16,483 nucleotides of DNA from Allobaculum fili (GCF_020969955.1 NZ_JAHDSX010000049.1:1-16483); one strand, 5' to 3'; shown: positions 8,458 to 16,328, numbered from the stretch's first letter. Notes: a model not told the origin generated them from the letters alone. Numbers and translations are program-made.

Positions 8458-9019
8458 GGTTTTCTCTCCTCCAGTTTTTTCTCTTAACAGTCTTTTCCAG
8501 CCAAAACGAAGGCTTTCGCCCGCGTTTGTTCGGCCGATGTTCTGATTTTGCCCATCGATTCATTTTTTGGGTACGGGCACTCAATCATAGCACAAACGGC
8601 CTGTTTTTCTTTGAATTTCACTTTATTGGATTGATTTTTCCAATAAATTTTCAGCCTGCTCGTTTTTTCCTTGCAAAGAAGAAGTTCCTGTGCTTTTGGA
8701 TTTGCGGCGATGGATATTCTCCACGTGTGCAATACTCCCTCTGTCTTTTCTTTGACGACGGTTCCTGTTCAAAGCGTCGTAAGGCTTTAAAGCCGCTTTA
8801 CTTTGCGACAAGAGTGTGTTAGCAAGCTGTACTTTCTATTGTATTCAAAGCGCCCGTTTTGCTTGCACTTTTTTATTACTTTCTACCGAAAATTCAATTT
8901 TCTGGCTTTTGAAACCGTTTCCCGTTCACTGGATCTGCGTTTTAGCGAACCTTTTGTCCAGAGTGTTTGACCGACGGATGTAAAACCGGGTTTCTCTTCT
9001 TTATTTTTCGCCTTCTGTC

Positions 9020-9060
9020 AAAAACAGAGGCCCGAGTCGGGTCGGGCCTTGTGTGTTTTT
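9020..9060. terminator. Bidirectional intrinsic terminator (serves pepT on the minus strand)
   Basis: AGGCCCGA (9028-9035) / TCGGGCCT (9042-9049) stem with a 6-nt loop. The A5 run at 9020-9024 gives CUGUUUUU on the minus transcript, and TGTGTGTTTTT follows on the plus strand. Confidence 0.75.
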
Positions 9061-9189
9061 CGGTTTGTCTGTGTTGATCAATTTTTTCTGAACGAAATCT
9101 CTTCTGACGTTCGCAAGGCAGAGCACTGACGACATCTGGAAGATCGGTTGGAATCCGGTTCTTCGTTCTCAGATGTCTGCGTGTACGAC

Positions 9190-10398
9190 CTAGTCCAGAT
9201 TGCCTTCAAGCAGGTGCAGCAGCACGTCTGTCATCTTTTCCATTTTCTGGATGGAGACGAATTCATAGCGTCCGTGGAAGTTATTGCCGCCGGTTCCAAG
9301 GTTTGGCGTAATCAGGCCTTTCCAGGTCAGACTGGCTCCATCGGTTCCGCCGCGGATCGGATCGCTTTTCGGCGTAATGCCGCAGGCTTTCAGAGCCGCC
9401 TTGGCGCGCTCAACCGCGCGCATGTCACCATGCATGGCATCTTCGAGGTTGTAGTACTGATCGCGCATCGTGATCGTGGCGCAGTCTGGCCACATTTCAT
9501 TGATCACATTGGTCATGTCTTTCATCAGCTGTTTTTTCTGTTCGAATTTTTCCCGGTTATGATCCCGGATAATATATTGGAGAGACGCCTGATCGCAGTC
9601 GCCCTTCACTTCCAGAAGATGGATGAAGCCTTCGGTGCCTTCGGTAAATTCCGGGCGGGCCCACTGCGGCAGCATGGACGCGAACTGGACAGCAACCGCT
9701 GCTGCGTTGACCATCTTGCCTTTCGCCGATCCAGGATGAATGGCCTGTCCTTTGAACTGGATCTCAGCCATTGCGGCATTGAACGTCTGATAATCGACAT
9801 TTTCAATTTCTGCCCCGTCGACTGTATAAGCGTAGTCGACCGGGAAGCGATTCAGATCGAAATGCGCCACGCCGCGGCCGATTTCTTCATCCGGGGTAAA
9901 GGCCACCATGACTTTTCCATGCGGCTTGCCGGACTGAATCAGCTGTTCGAGCGTCTCCATAATAATGGCGCAGCCGGCTTTATCATCCGCGCCGAGCAGT
10001 GTCGTTCCATCAGTGACCAGAATGTCATCGCCAATGACTTCCTTCAGCGAAGGAAACATCTCCGGATTCATGGAATAGTCCTTGCCTAAGGCAATCGTTC
10101 CGCCATCATATTTGCTGATGCGCTGCGGATGAACGTTGGCGCCGCTTAGTTCCGAAGCGGTATCCATATGCGAAATCAGACCGATGGCATCGCCCTGAAA
10201 TCCCTGGGTAGCCGGAATTTCTCCATAAACGACACCATATTCAGAAAGTTCCACGTTGCTTACGCCGATCTGCTTCAGCTCTTCTTCCAGTTTTCTGGCC
10301 AGAACGAGCTGTTTTTTCGTCGATGGGGCGGTTGTGGACGTTTCATCGGACTGTGTATCCAGAGAAACGTAATCCAGAAATTTATCGGTTACACTCAT
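9190..10398 (-). CDS. pepT: Peptidase T (tripeptide aminopeptidase, M20B)
   Basis: PepT-type N-terminus (KFLDYVSLDTQSDE) with M20 metal-ligand motifs ISHMDTA, GADDKAG and FTPDEEIGRG. 402 aa. The RBS GAGGGAG is 6 nt from the ATG. Confidence 0.9.
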   Translation of the reverse strand: MSVTDKFLDYVSLDTQSDETSTTAPSTKKQLVLARKLEEELKQIGVSNVELSEYGVVYGEIPATQGFQGDAIGLISHMDTASELSGANVHPQRISKYDGGTIALGKDYSMNPEMFPSLKEVIGDDILVTDGTTLLGADDKAGCAIIMETLEQLIQSGKPHGKVMVAFTPDEEIGRGVAHFDLNRFPVDYAYTVDGAEIENVDYQTFNAAMAEIQFKGQAIHPGSAKGKMVNAAAVAVQFASMLPQWARPEFTEGTEGFIHLLEVKGDCDQASLQYIIRDHNREKFEQKKQLMKDMTNVINEMWPDCATITMRDQYYNLEDAMHGDMRAVERAKAALKACGITPKSDPIRGGTDGASLTWKGLITPNLGTGGNNFHGRYEFVSIQKMEKMTDVLLHLLEGNLD

Positions 10399-10634
10399 GC
10401 TTTTCTCCCTCTTTTCCTCTGCGGGATTCGCTTCCTCCTTCCCGTTCTGAAAAGGATGAGCTTTCCTGCACTTCGTCTTGCGACAGAAAGAAATGGATTT
10501 TCTTTGAGCCGCTGACGAATCGTACAGTCTCCGCAGACAGTTTCTGCTTTTATAGTTTCTATTATAGGCAGTTATTTCTAAACGCCTGAAATTGCGCTCA
10601 GAGCAGCTGTCTGGCTGCTTCGAACCGTCTGAAC

Positions 10635-10664
10635 CAGAAGAAAGCAGAAGAAAGCAGAAGAAAA
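10635..10664. repeat. 3 x 10-bp tandem repeat CAGAAGAAAG (third copy CAGAAGAAAA)
   Basis: Read directly at 10635-10644, 10645-10654 and 10655-10664. On the minus strand it forms the pyrimidine-rich tail that follows the terminator hairpin. Confidence 0.9.
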
Positions 10665-10717
10665 GCGGTCTTAACGCTCCCTGGACGATAGATCACCGGT
10701 GAGCGGAAGACCGCTTT
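10662..10717 (-). terminator. Intrinsic terminator of the CBS-pyrophosphatase gene
   Basis: 11-bp outer stem AAAGCGGTCTT (10662-10672) / AAGACCGCTTT (10707-10717) and inner CGCTC (10675-10679) / GAGCG (10701-10705). It begins about 47 nt after the stop at 10764, and the minus transcript continues UUUUCUUCUGCUUUC. Confidence 0.7.
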
Positions 10718-10763
10718 GTTTTATCGATTTTAAAACTTCAGACAAATTCTAAAATCCTGTCCA

Positions 10764-12362
10764 TCAGCGCAGAGCCGCGCTCAGACCAGGAACAAACTGT
10801 TTCTTTCTGGAGACGTAGCCGAGCTCTTCAAATTCCTTGAGAATCGGACGGATTCGGGCGGCTTCCGGACCGGCAGCGATAAAGTGCGAACCGCTTCCTT
10901 CCACATTGGTAAAGGCCATGACCCAAAGACCGATCTTGCGGTTTCGGGCTTCCTTTTCCATATATTCTTCAAAGTCATCGCGGATGCGTTCGACATCGGA
11001 ATAGTCGAACACCAGTACCTGACTGATTTCCGTCTTCACACCGGAGAGATCGAACTCCTTGCAGTCCTGATACAAAATTTCCTTGAACTCCTTGCCTTCG
11101 ATCGTGGCGGTATGGCGAAACAGATCTTCGGCCATTTCCGCGGCGTTCAGACCGTACTCCTGTTCAATGTTACGAGCTGTGATCTGGTCGGTCATCGTGC
11201 AGGTCGGAGATTTGAAGTTCATGGTGTCGCTGATCATCGCATACAGAACCAGCTTGGCGATTTTCTCATCCATGCGGATATTCAGTTCCTGATACATCAG
11301 GGCAATGATCGTATTGGAAGAACCGACGATCATGTTGCGGAACACGATCGGTTTGGTCGTTTCAATATCGCCGATGCGATGATGGTCGACAATCTCGAGA
11401 ATTTCGCCCTGTTCGCGATCGTCGATGGACTGCTTGCTTTCGTTATGGTCGACCAGAATAAACTTCTTCGGTTCGGCCTTGAGCAGATGGTAGCGGGCTA
11501 CCGCACCGACGATCTGGTTTCCGACAACAACGGGATAGGAAGAATGCCTCGTCTGCAGCATCTTCTTCTCGACGTCTTCGAGATATTCAGAAGGATGGAA
11601 CGCCACGGCTTTTTCCTTTGGCGTCATGATCATGCGCACCGGAATCGAGCGGTAGATCATCTGAATGATCTTCATCAGGTTGTACGGCGTACTGATCAGC
11701 GTAACCCCCATCGCTTTCGCCATTTCAAAAATGTAGTCGTTGGGGACAAAGCCTTCGGCAATGACGATCATGGCGGCCCCTTTGGCCATCGCCTTGATCA
11801 TGTCGTCTTCATGATCGTTGAGCACCATGATCGCGCCGGTCAGGTCGCGCTCCATCATCTTCTTATCCGCGATGCGAACATCGCCGCTTTTGGCGCGGGT
11901 TCCTTTAAAAAGGATTTCACCGTGAACAACGTCCTGGATATTTTCGTCCGGCGTATCCTTGAGCAGCTCGCGGGTGATATTGAGATCCTGCATCTGGATT
12001 TTGGAAATATCGGCCAGGGTAACCATGCCGGCATAACGGGCTTCGTCATCGAGCACGTAAATGGTTTTCGCATTATTTTCCAGCATCAGATCCCAGCCGT
12101 AGCGCAGCGTGTCGTTCTGATTGATCAGCGTTGCCTGGTCAATTTCAATTTCTTCCAGCGAATTCTTGGCCGTCGACAGACGGATCGGCGCGGGTACGCC
12201 GACTTTGTCCAGAATGTATTTCGTCTCCGGATTCAGATGACCCAGACGGGCCGGTACTACATTTTCCCCCAGCTTCTGTTTCAGAGCCGCCAGAGTAATG
12301 GCACCGCATACCGAATCCGTGTCGGGTCGTTTATGACCAATTACATATACGGGCTGTTTCAT
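10764..12362 (-). CDS. CBS-domain-containing family II (DHH/DHHA2) inorganic pyrophosphatase
   Basis: DHH motifs GHKRPDTDSVCGA, LVDHNE and VDHHRIGD, interrupted by a roughly 250-aa insert of the CBS/DRTGG type. The C-terminal DHHA2-like part and overall length are typical of CBS-PPases. Start set at the second ATG (12360-12362), 6 nt after GAGGA; the first ATG (12368) abuts the SD. Confidence 0.8.
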   Translation of the reverse strand: MKQPVYVIGHKRPDTDSVCGAITLAALKQKLGENVVPARLGHLNPETKYILDKVGVPAPIRLSTAKNSLEEIEIDQATLINQNDTLRYGWDLMLENNAKTIYVLDDEARYAGMVTLADISKIQMQDLNITRELLKDTPDENIQDVVHGEILFKGTRAKSGDVRIADKKMMERDLTGAIMVLNDHEDDMIKAMAKGAAMIVIAEGFVPNDYIFEMAKAMGVTLISTPYNLMKIIQMIYRSIPVRMIMTPKEKAVAFHPSEYLEDVEKKMLQTRHSSYPVVVGNQIVGAVARYHLLKAEPKKFILVDHNESKQSIDDREQGEILEIVDHHRIGDIETTKPIVFRNMIVGSSNTIIALMYQELNIRMDEKIAKLVLYAMISDTMNFKSPTCTMTDQITARNIEQEYGLNAAEMAEDLFRHTATIEGKEFKEILYQDCKEFDLSGVKTEISQVLVFDYSDVERIRDDFEEYMEKEARNRKIGLWVMAFTNVEGSGSHFIAAGPEAARIRPILKEFEELGYVSRKKQFVPGLSAALR

Positions 12363-12401
12363 ATTCATTCCTCATGATTTACTGTATGATTTTTCGTTTC
12401 A

Positions 12402-12410
12402 AGTATAGCA
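12402..12410 (-). promoter_or_regulatory. Candidate extended -10 element (TGcTATACT) for the pyrophosphatase gene
   Basis: The minus strand reads TGCTATACT across 12410-12402, about 40 nt upstream of the start codon. There is no good -35, which is consistent with an extended -10 promoter. Confidence 0.4.
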
Positions 12411-12580
12411 TGAACAGGATACCCGCTTTTTGCCCCCGTGTCTGATTCAGACACCTTTTTCAACGATTGCACTTTTAGAAAAGGCATTCGAAATCCCTTT
12501 CATCGTTTTGAGGAAAAGAGCAGCGGATGAAGAGCGGCAAACCAACTGGGTTTCAAATTCCCGATTCGGCTTCTTTCCCA

Positions 12581-12617
12581 GGAAAAACGCAGGATCAGAA
12601 GCGCCTGGATCCTGCGT
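12581..12617 (-). terminator. Intrinsic terminator of the secreted esterase gene
   Basis: 10-bp stem ACGCAGGATC (12587-12596) / GATCCTGCGT (12608-12617). The plus-strand GGAAAAA at 12581-12587 gives UUUUUCC on the minus transcript, about 80 nt after the stop at 12697. Confidence 0.75.
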
Positions 12618-12696
12618 CATTGGCTTAAAGCTGTCCTTTGTGGGTGATCTTCTTTGATGATCCGTTCTCGCACGAAACACGAAAAAGCGATTTTGT

Positions 12697-14733
12697 CTAA
12701 GCCGGAAGACGGGAAGCGTCCGGAAGCCGGCGCAGTGCAAGAAGACGATTTCCCAGATCTCTGGTCATCGCATTGACCGTCTGCTGCGCAGTTACAGTAT
12801 CGAGAAGATCCTGCGCTGCTTCGGCCTGTGTCAGAAGATTCGTTTTGTCTTCCCCCTCCGCAAATTCATTCAGCTGCAACGTATGGGTTTTGTTCAGAGC
12901 ACATTTCAACAAAGACATATCCGGCAGAGAACGGACAGTTTCGATCAGGCTGTCCGCCTGTTCAATGAGCGCCTCAATCTGCTCGTCCGTTGTATCGACG
13001 GTGAGCTGAACGTTCTGCCACGAATCGCTGAGCGTCTCAAGCTGTTCTTTCAAAGAAGAAGGAAGGACGTTCTTTTCTTCTTCTTCCTGAAGAATCGCAT
13101 CAATCGTTTCCATGCGCTCTTTTAAATCGAGAAAGGCATGACTGCCTGTCGCGCTGATTTCCGCAATATGGAACGAGTTGTTCACATTGCTTTCAACGCC
13201 TTTCAGACGGATCCAGGAAACCAGCCGGTCTCCGTCAAACGTATACGTATCGCCAGATTCCGTTGAAGCGGCCGTACTGGTCTTTTCCCCGATCTTTTCC
13301 CAGGTTTTGCGATCGAGTGATCCGTACACTTCATATTTATAGTATTTCGACGCGTTAATCCGGGTCGTCACCGTAAGCGAATCCAGCAGAACGGGATGAT
13401 CGAGCTGAATATCCACACACGGATTCAAGGTATTGGAGCTGCCGTCCCAGAACGTCGATGTATTTCCGTCCACCGCAAGCCAGGCATGGGAATCCCCCCA
13501 CGTTTGGGAAGGATAGACCCCTTGTTCAAAACAGAGACTGGACGATTTGCGGGAAAGCCATTCGGCAATTTTTTCGCACAGTCTGGCTGTCTCTTCCTGC
13601 GTTGCCGCCGCATTGGCCAGCAGCGTTTCGCCTTCCTGCGCCAGTCTGGCGATTTTCTCTAATGTTTTTGGATCGTAATCGGCTGCCGAAGCCGCTTCGG
13701 CTTTTTTCATGAGCTGTTTTAACGGTGCTTTATCGACCGTATGATCGAGCGTTCCCTTGCGAGACTGATTGAACATCCAGTCGATCGCATCTTCGAGATT
13801 GGAGACACCGTTTCCGTCATCGTCGAGCGTCTTGCTCCAGGCGTAGTTCCAGCAGAAGTGGGAAGTGCTGTCGTATTCGGTATACGTCACATTTCCATAC
13901 GGAGCCATCGCTTCGTACATTACCCTTCCCGCAGCGGAGGTAATGGTCGGATCGTTTTTACAGTGGTACATGCGAATCTGGGTTTTTGAGGCATTTTCCG
14001 CGAGTGTCGGATCCCCGATTCCGCACATCGGCATAGCCGCCGCAAAAAGATATTCGTCATCGCGCAGCAGCAGATCCCAGGTGGCGCATCCCCCCATGGA
14101 TTCGCCGGAAAGATACGTGCGATCCAGATCGGTATGGTATGTGTTCTGTACCTGCTTGATCAGGTTATACGCCGCGTCGAGATTCTGAGAGCGTTCCCTT
14201 TCCTGCATATCCCAGTTCGAACGCTTCCAGTAATTGCCGTTTACCGTCAGCCCCGGCAGATTGACCCAGCGGTCCTGTTCATTGCCGTCGTTTAAATACG
14301 TTCCGTTCACCGTCGCCTGTGGTGTCTGCGGCATCAGAACGATTGCCTTGCGAACCGGATTGTCCCGATCCGCCAAAAGCTGATAGCCCATGCCATAATG
14401 ACGGTTGACGACCGTTCTCGTTTTCCCGCCGTCGGAATAGCCGTGCATGTGAACGACAAGCGGAAGATCTTCTTCAACGCTTCCGTCCGCATTTTTGGGT
14501 ACGTACAGCCAATAGCTGAGGGTCACCCCGTTTTCATCGGTATAGTCGAGCTGCTGCAGGCCGGTCTTTTCAATCATGTCGCTCGTTCCCTGATCGCTTC
14601 CGGCAACAAATCCGTACAGGCTCGGGTTTTGCGTCGGGGCATCGTTGGCCGCCAGTACGGGCATGCCAAACGCCGAGCAGCTCAGGCTCATTCCAAGAAA
14701 TCCTGCCGCCAGCCGTTTTCTGAATTGCTTCAT
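12697..14733 (-). CDS. Secreted multidomain alpha/beta-hydrolase (esterase) with F5/8 type C (discoidin/CBM32-like) domain and helical linker repeats
   Basis: Start moved to ATG 14731-14733 (MKQFRKRLAAGFLGMSLSCSAFGMPVLAAND, a signal peptide), preceded by GAGAGGAAAC. The apparent triad is Ser in GESMGG, Asp in HCKNDPT and His in STSHFCW. The discoidin-like segment is WLAVDGNTSTFWDG...YYKYEVYGSLDRKTWEKIG...SWIRLKG. Ala/Glu-rich helical segments flank it. I see no LPXTG or lipobox. Confidence 0.7.
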   Translation of the reverse strand: MKQFRKRLAAGFLGMSLSCSAFGMPVLAANDAPTQNPSLYGFVAGSDQGTSDMIEKTGLQQLDYTDENGVTLSYWLYVPKNADGSVEEDLPLVVHMHGYSDGGKTRTVVNRHYGMGYQLLADRDNPVRKAIVLMPQTPQATVNGTYLNDGNEQDRWVNLPGLTVNGNYWKRSNWDMQERERSQNLDAAYNLIKQVQNTYHTDLDRTYLSGESMGGCATWDLLLRDDEYLFAAAMPMCGIGDPTLAENASKTQIRMYHCKNDPTITSAAGRVMYEAMAPYGNVTYTEYDSTSHFCWNYAWSKTLDDDGNGVSNLEDAIDWMFNQSRKGTLDHTVDKAPLKQLMKKAEAASAADYDPKTLEKIARLAQEGETLLANAAATQEETARLCEKIAEWLSRKSSSLCFEQGVYPSQTWGDSHAWLAVDGNTSTFWDGSSNTLNPCVDIQLDHPVLLDSLTVTTRINASKYYKYEVYGSLDRKTWEKIGEKTSTAASTESGDTYTFDGDRLVSWIRLKGVESNVNNSFHIAEISATGSHAFLDLKERMETIDAILQEEEEKNVLPSSLKEQLETLSDSWQNVQLTVDTTDEQIEALIEQADSLIETVRSLPDMSLLKCALNKTHTLQLNEFAEGEDKTNLLTQAEAAQDLLDTVTAQQTVNAMTRDLGNRLLALRRLPDASRLPA

Positions 14734-15149
14734 AGTTTCCTCTCTTCGTTTTCTCTTCTTCCATTTTGTACGCCGGACTGAACCTTCATGGACGCAGGTT
14801 TCTGCTTTGCCTGTGCCGTTTCCGACGTTTGATGGTTTCAATTTACCATTGGCTTTTTTTGCAGTCTTTGCCCGTATAAGGAAAGAAATCGTCTATTCCG
14901 GCAAACTGTCCGGCCGTTTTTTTGAAGGCTTGGCGGCCCTGGGACTGGAGAGAAAAGAAACTCTGTCGTATACTCTTGCATGAGGCTTGAAGAGCTTCTC
15001 TTCAAAACGCCGATCCATTCCTCGGGAAAAGCGGGCGGTCCATACCGTCTGCGTCCAGTGTCTGGATTGCCTCAGTTATTATCTGTTCTCAGCTATTTTT
15101 AACCCAGTTTCACTCTACAACAATTTCTGAAAAAGTTTTTCTGAATTTG

Positions 15150-15178
15150 TTGACTCCCCTACAGGGAATTGGTAATAT
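15150..15178 (+). promoter_or_regulatory. Sigma-A promoter of tRNA-Thr
   Basis: -35 TTGACT (15150-15155), a 17-nt spacer and -10 TAATAT (15173-15178), about 20 nt upstream of the mature tRNA 5' end. Confidence 0.8.
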
Positions 15179-15197
15179 AAGTAAGTCAGGTCAAGAC

Positions 15198-15271
15198 GCC
15201 GGCATAGTATAATGGTAATACACGTCCATGGTAAGGATGAGCTCGTGGTTCAATTCCGCGTGCCGGCACCA
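15198..15271 (+). tRNA. tRNA-Thr (anticodon GGU), CCA encoded
   Basis: Hand-folded cloverleaf of 74 nt. Acceptor GCCGGCA/TGCCGGC, D stem GTAT/ATAC, anticodon stem CGTCC/GGATG (one G-U) with loop ATGGTAA, T arm CGTGG-TTCAATT-CCGCG, discriminator A and CCA. Confidence 0.85.
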
Positions 15272-15281
15272 TTTGAAAATC

Positions 15282-15307
15282 AACCGCTCAAATGAGCGGT
15301 TTTTTTA
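15282..15307 (+). terminator. Intrinsic terminator of tRNA-Thr
   Basis: AACCGCTC (15282-15289) / GAGCGGTT (15294-15301) stem with loop AAAT, followed by a T-run to 15306. Confidence 0.85.
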
Positions 15308-15413
15308 TTGTCCAGATTTTTTCGTGATCGGTTTCGATCGTTCGACTTCGATCTGGCTGTCGATCCATTCGGATTTGCGTCTGGATCAGCTTTGCGTTCC
15401 AGACGCCTTTCAT

Positions 15414-15480
15414 CAAAAAAGCGAGCCGCTGCAGACTGAAATGCTTTTCGCATTCTCTGCCTGCCGGCTCGCTTTTTTCT
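15414..15480. terminator. Long bidirectional terminator (serves maf on the minus strand)
   Basis: Outer stem AGCGAGCCG (15420-15428) / CGGCTCGCT (15465-15473), with inner GCAGA/TCTGC and AATGC/GCATT pairs. It is flanked by A6 (15414-15419) and a long T-rich tract (15474 onward), about 40 nt after the maf stop at 15516. Confidence 0.75.
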
Positions 15481-15515
15481 TTTTTGTCTTTTCTTTTTCG
15501 GTACAAGCAGCTGGA

Positions 15516-16097
15516 TCATGCCTGCGCATTTGTCTGCGGCACATCGGCGAGGGATCGGCTTTCCAGCCAGTTTCGAACGAGTTCCACCGGGAGTCCGACC
15601 ACATTCGTGTAGGATCCGTCAATGCCGTCAACAAAATCGACATCCTGAATCCCGTAGCTTCCCGCCTTATCCAGACACGTTCCCTGCTCGACGTACGCCT
15701 GAATTTCTTTATCGCTCAGATTTCGAAAATGGACAACCGTCGTTTCCACTGTCGAGATCGTCTGCTTCTCCTCCATTAAAACGACTGCGGTTTTCACTTC
15801 ATGACTTCTGCCCGAAAGAGAGCGCAGCGTTTCAAAAGCTTCGGCTTTCGATTTGGGCTTTTGCAGGATCCGGCTGCCGTCCACAACGATCGTGTCCGCG
15901 GCAAGAACGATGGATTCGGGATGAGCCTGAAATACCTCTCTGGCTTTAGCCAGCGCTACATCGCGCTGAGCTTCATCGATCGGACCAGAATGGAAGACTT
16001 CGTCCCCTTTTGCGGGAATGCACTCAAAATCGGAAACAATGGTTTTCAGCAGCTCTTTGCGCCGGGGCGACTGGCTGGCAAGAATCAGTCTGGACAT
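15516..16097 (-). CDS. maf: Maf-like nucleoside triphosphate pyrophosphatase (septum formation protein Maf)
   Basis: The N-terminal LILASQSPRRKELL signature, the later ADTIV and GSYGIQD motifs, and the 193-aa length are typical of Maf/YhdE. The RBS AAAGGAG is 7 nt from the ATG. Confidence 0.9.
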   Translation of the reverse strand: MSRLILASQSPRRKELLKTIVSDFECIPAKGDEVFHSGPIDEAQRDVALAKAREVFQAHPESIVLAADTIVVDGSRILQKPKSKAEAFETLRSLSGRSHEVKTAVVLMEEKQTISTVETTVVHFRNLSDKEIQAYVEQGTCLDKAGSYGIQDVDFVDGIDGSYTNVVGLPVELVRNWLESRSLADVPQTNAQA

Positions 16098-16328
16098 AAG
16101 AAAACTCCTTTCGGTTCATGCGATTTTCTCTTTCCCTATCCTATCGCATTTTCTTTTCGACGTTCGACTCTTTCTCCCTGCCAGCTCCTCAGGTACAGTA
16201 TCCTTCTCTTTTTCTCAGGCAGTCGTCGGTTTTATGGATTTCGAACCGAATCCATTGACGAAAGCTTCCGTTTTGCGTATTGCGCAGGTACTAAGAACGA
16301 CAAGGAATTCTACGAAACTTATACGTGT

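Noticed and set aside
8484-8811. 82-aa and 62-aa minus-strand ORFs in the long spacer as small protein genes, including a possible 33-codon GTG-initiated peptide after GAGGGAG at about 8735-8741.
   Set aside because: The 82-aa ORF needs a TTG start 2 nt from its SD. The 62-aa ORF has no SD at its ATG. The sequences are basic and low-complexity, with no motif. I kept this only as a remark under the spacer finding.
10635-10664. Short direct repeats as a possible mini-CRISPR array.
   Set aside because: The 10-bp units are contiguous with no spacers, so this is a simple tandem repeat.
1117-12377. Long plus-strand ORFs mirroring almost every minus-strand gene: 1117-1935, 3047-3979, 4131-4904, 5036-6034, 6603-7373, 7267-8487, 9148-10089 and 10884-12377.
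   Set aside because: Each lies antisense to a CDS with strong family motifs. Their translations are low-complexity (rich in R, F, H, G and D) with no recognisable motifs or RBSs. Such shadow ORFs are expected when the sense genes avoid the TTA, CTA and TCA codons.
15198-15271. tRNA-Thr as an integration site or genomic-island boundary.
   Set aside because: No integrase is present, and no repeat of the tRNA 3' end occurs downstream in the window. Flanking genes (maf and the esterase) show no obvious compositional break by eye.
15308-15413. The GATC cluster as part of a replication origin.
   Set aside because: No DnaA-box (TTATCCACA) array, AT-rich unwinding element, dnaA or dnaN lies nearby. 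The only near-match to a DnaA box I saw (ATATCCACA, about 13409) is inside the esterase CDS.
4185-16097. Maf, the CBS-pyrophosphatase and the HAD phosphatase as a linked nucleotide house-cleaning system.
   Set aside because: They are kilobases apart, are separately transcribed with their own terminators, and are each common housekeeping genes. There is no sequence evidence of functional linkage.
16234-16255. Hairpin ATGGATT-TCGAACCG-AATCCAT resembling a tRNA T-arm (a possible tRNA fragment or pseudogene).
   Set aside because: The loop is 8 nt with the wrong register for T-psi-C. No acceptor, D or anticodon arms can be folded from the flanks on either strand.
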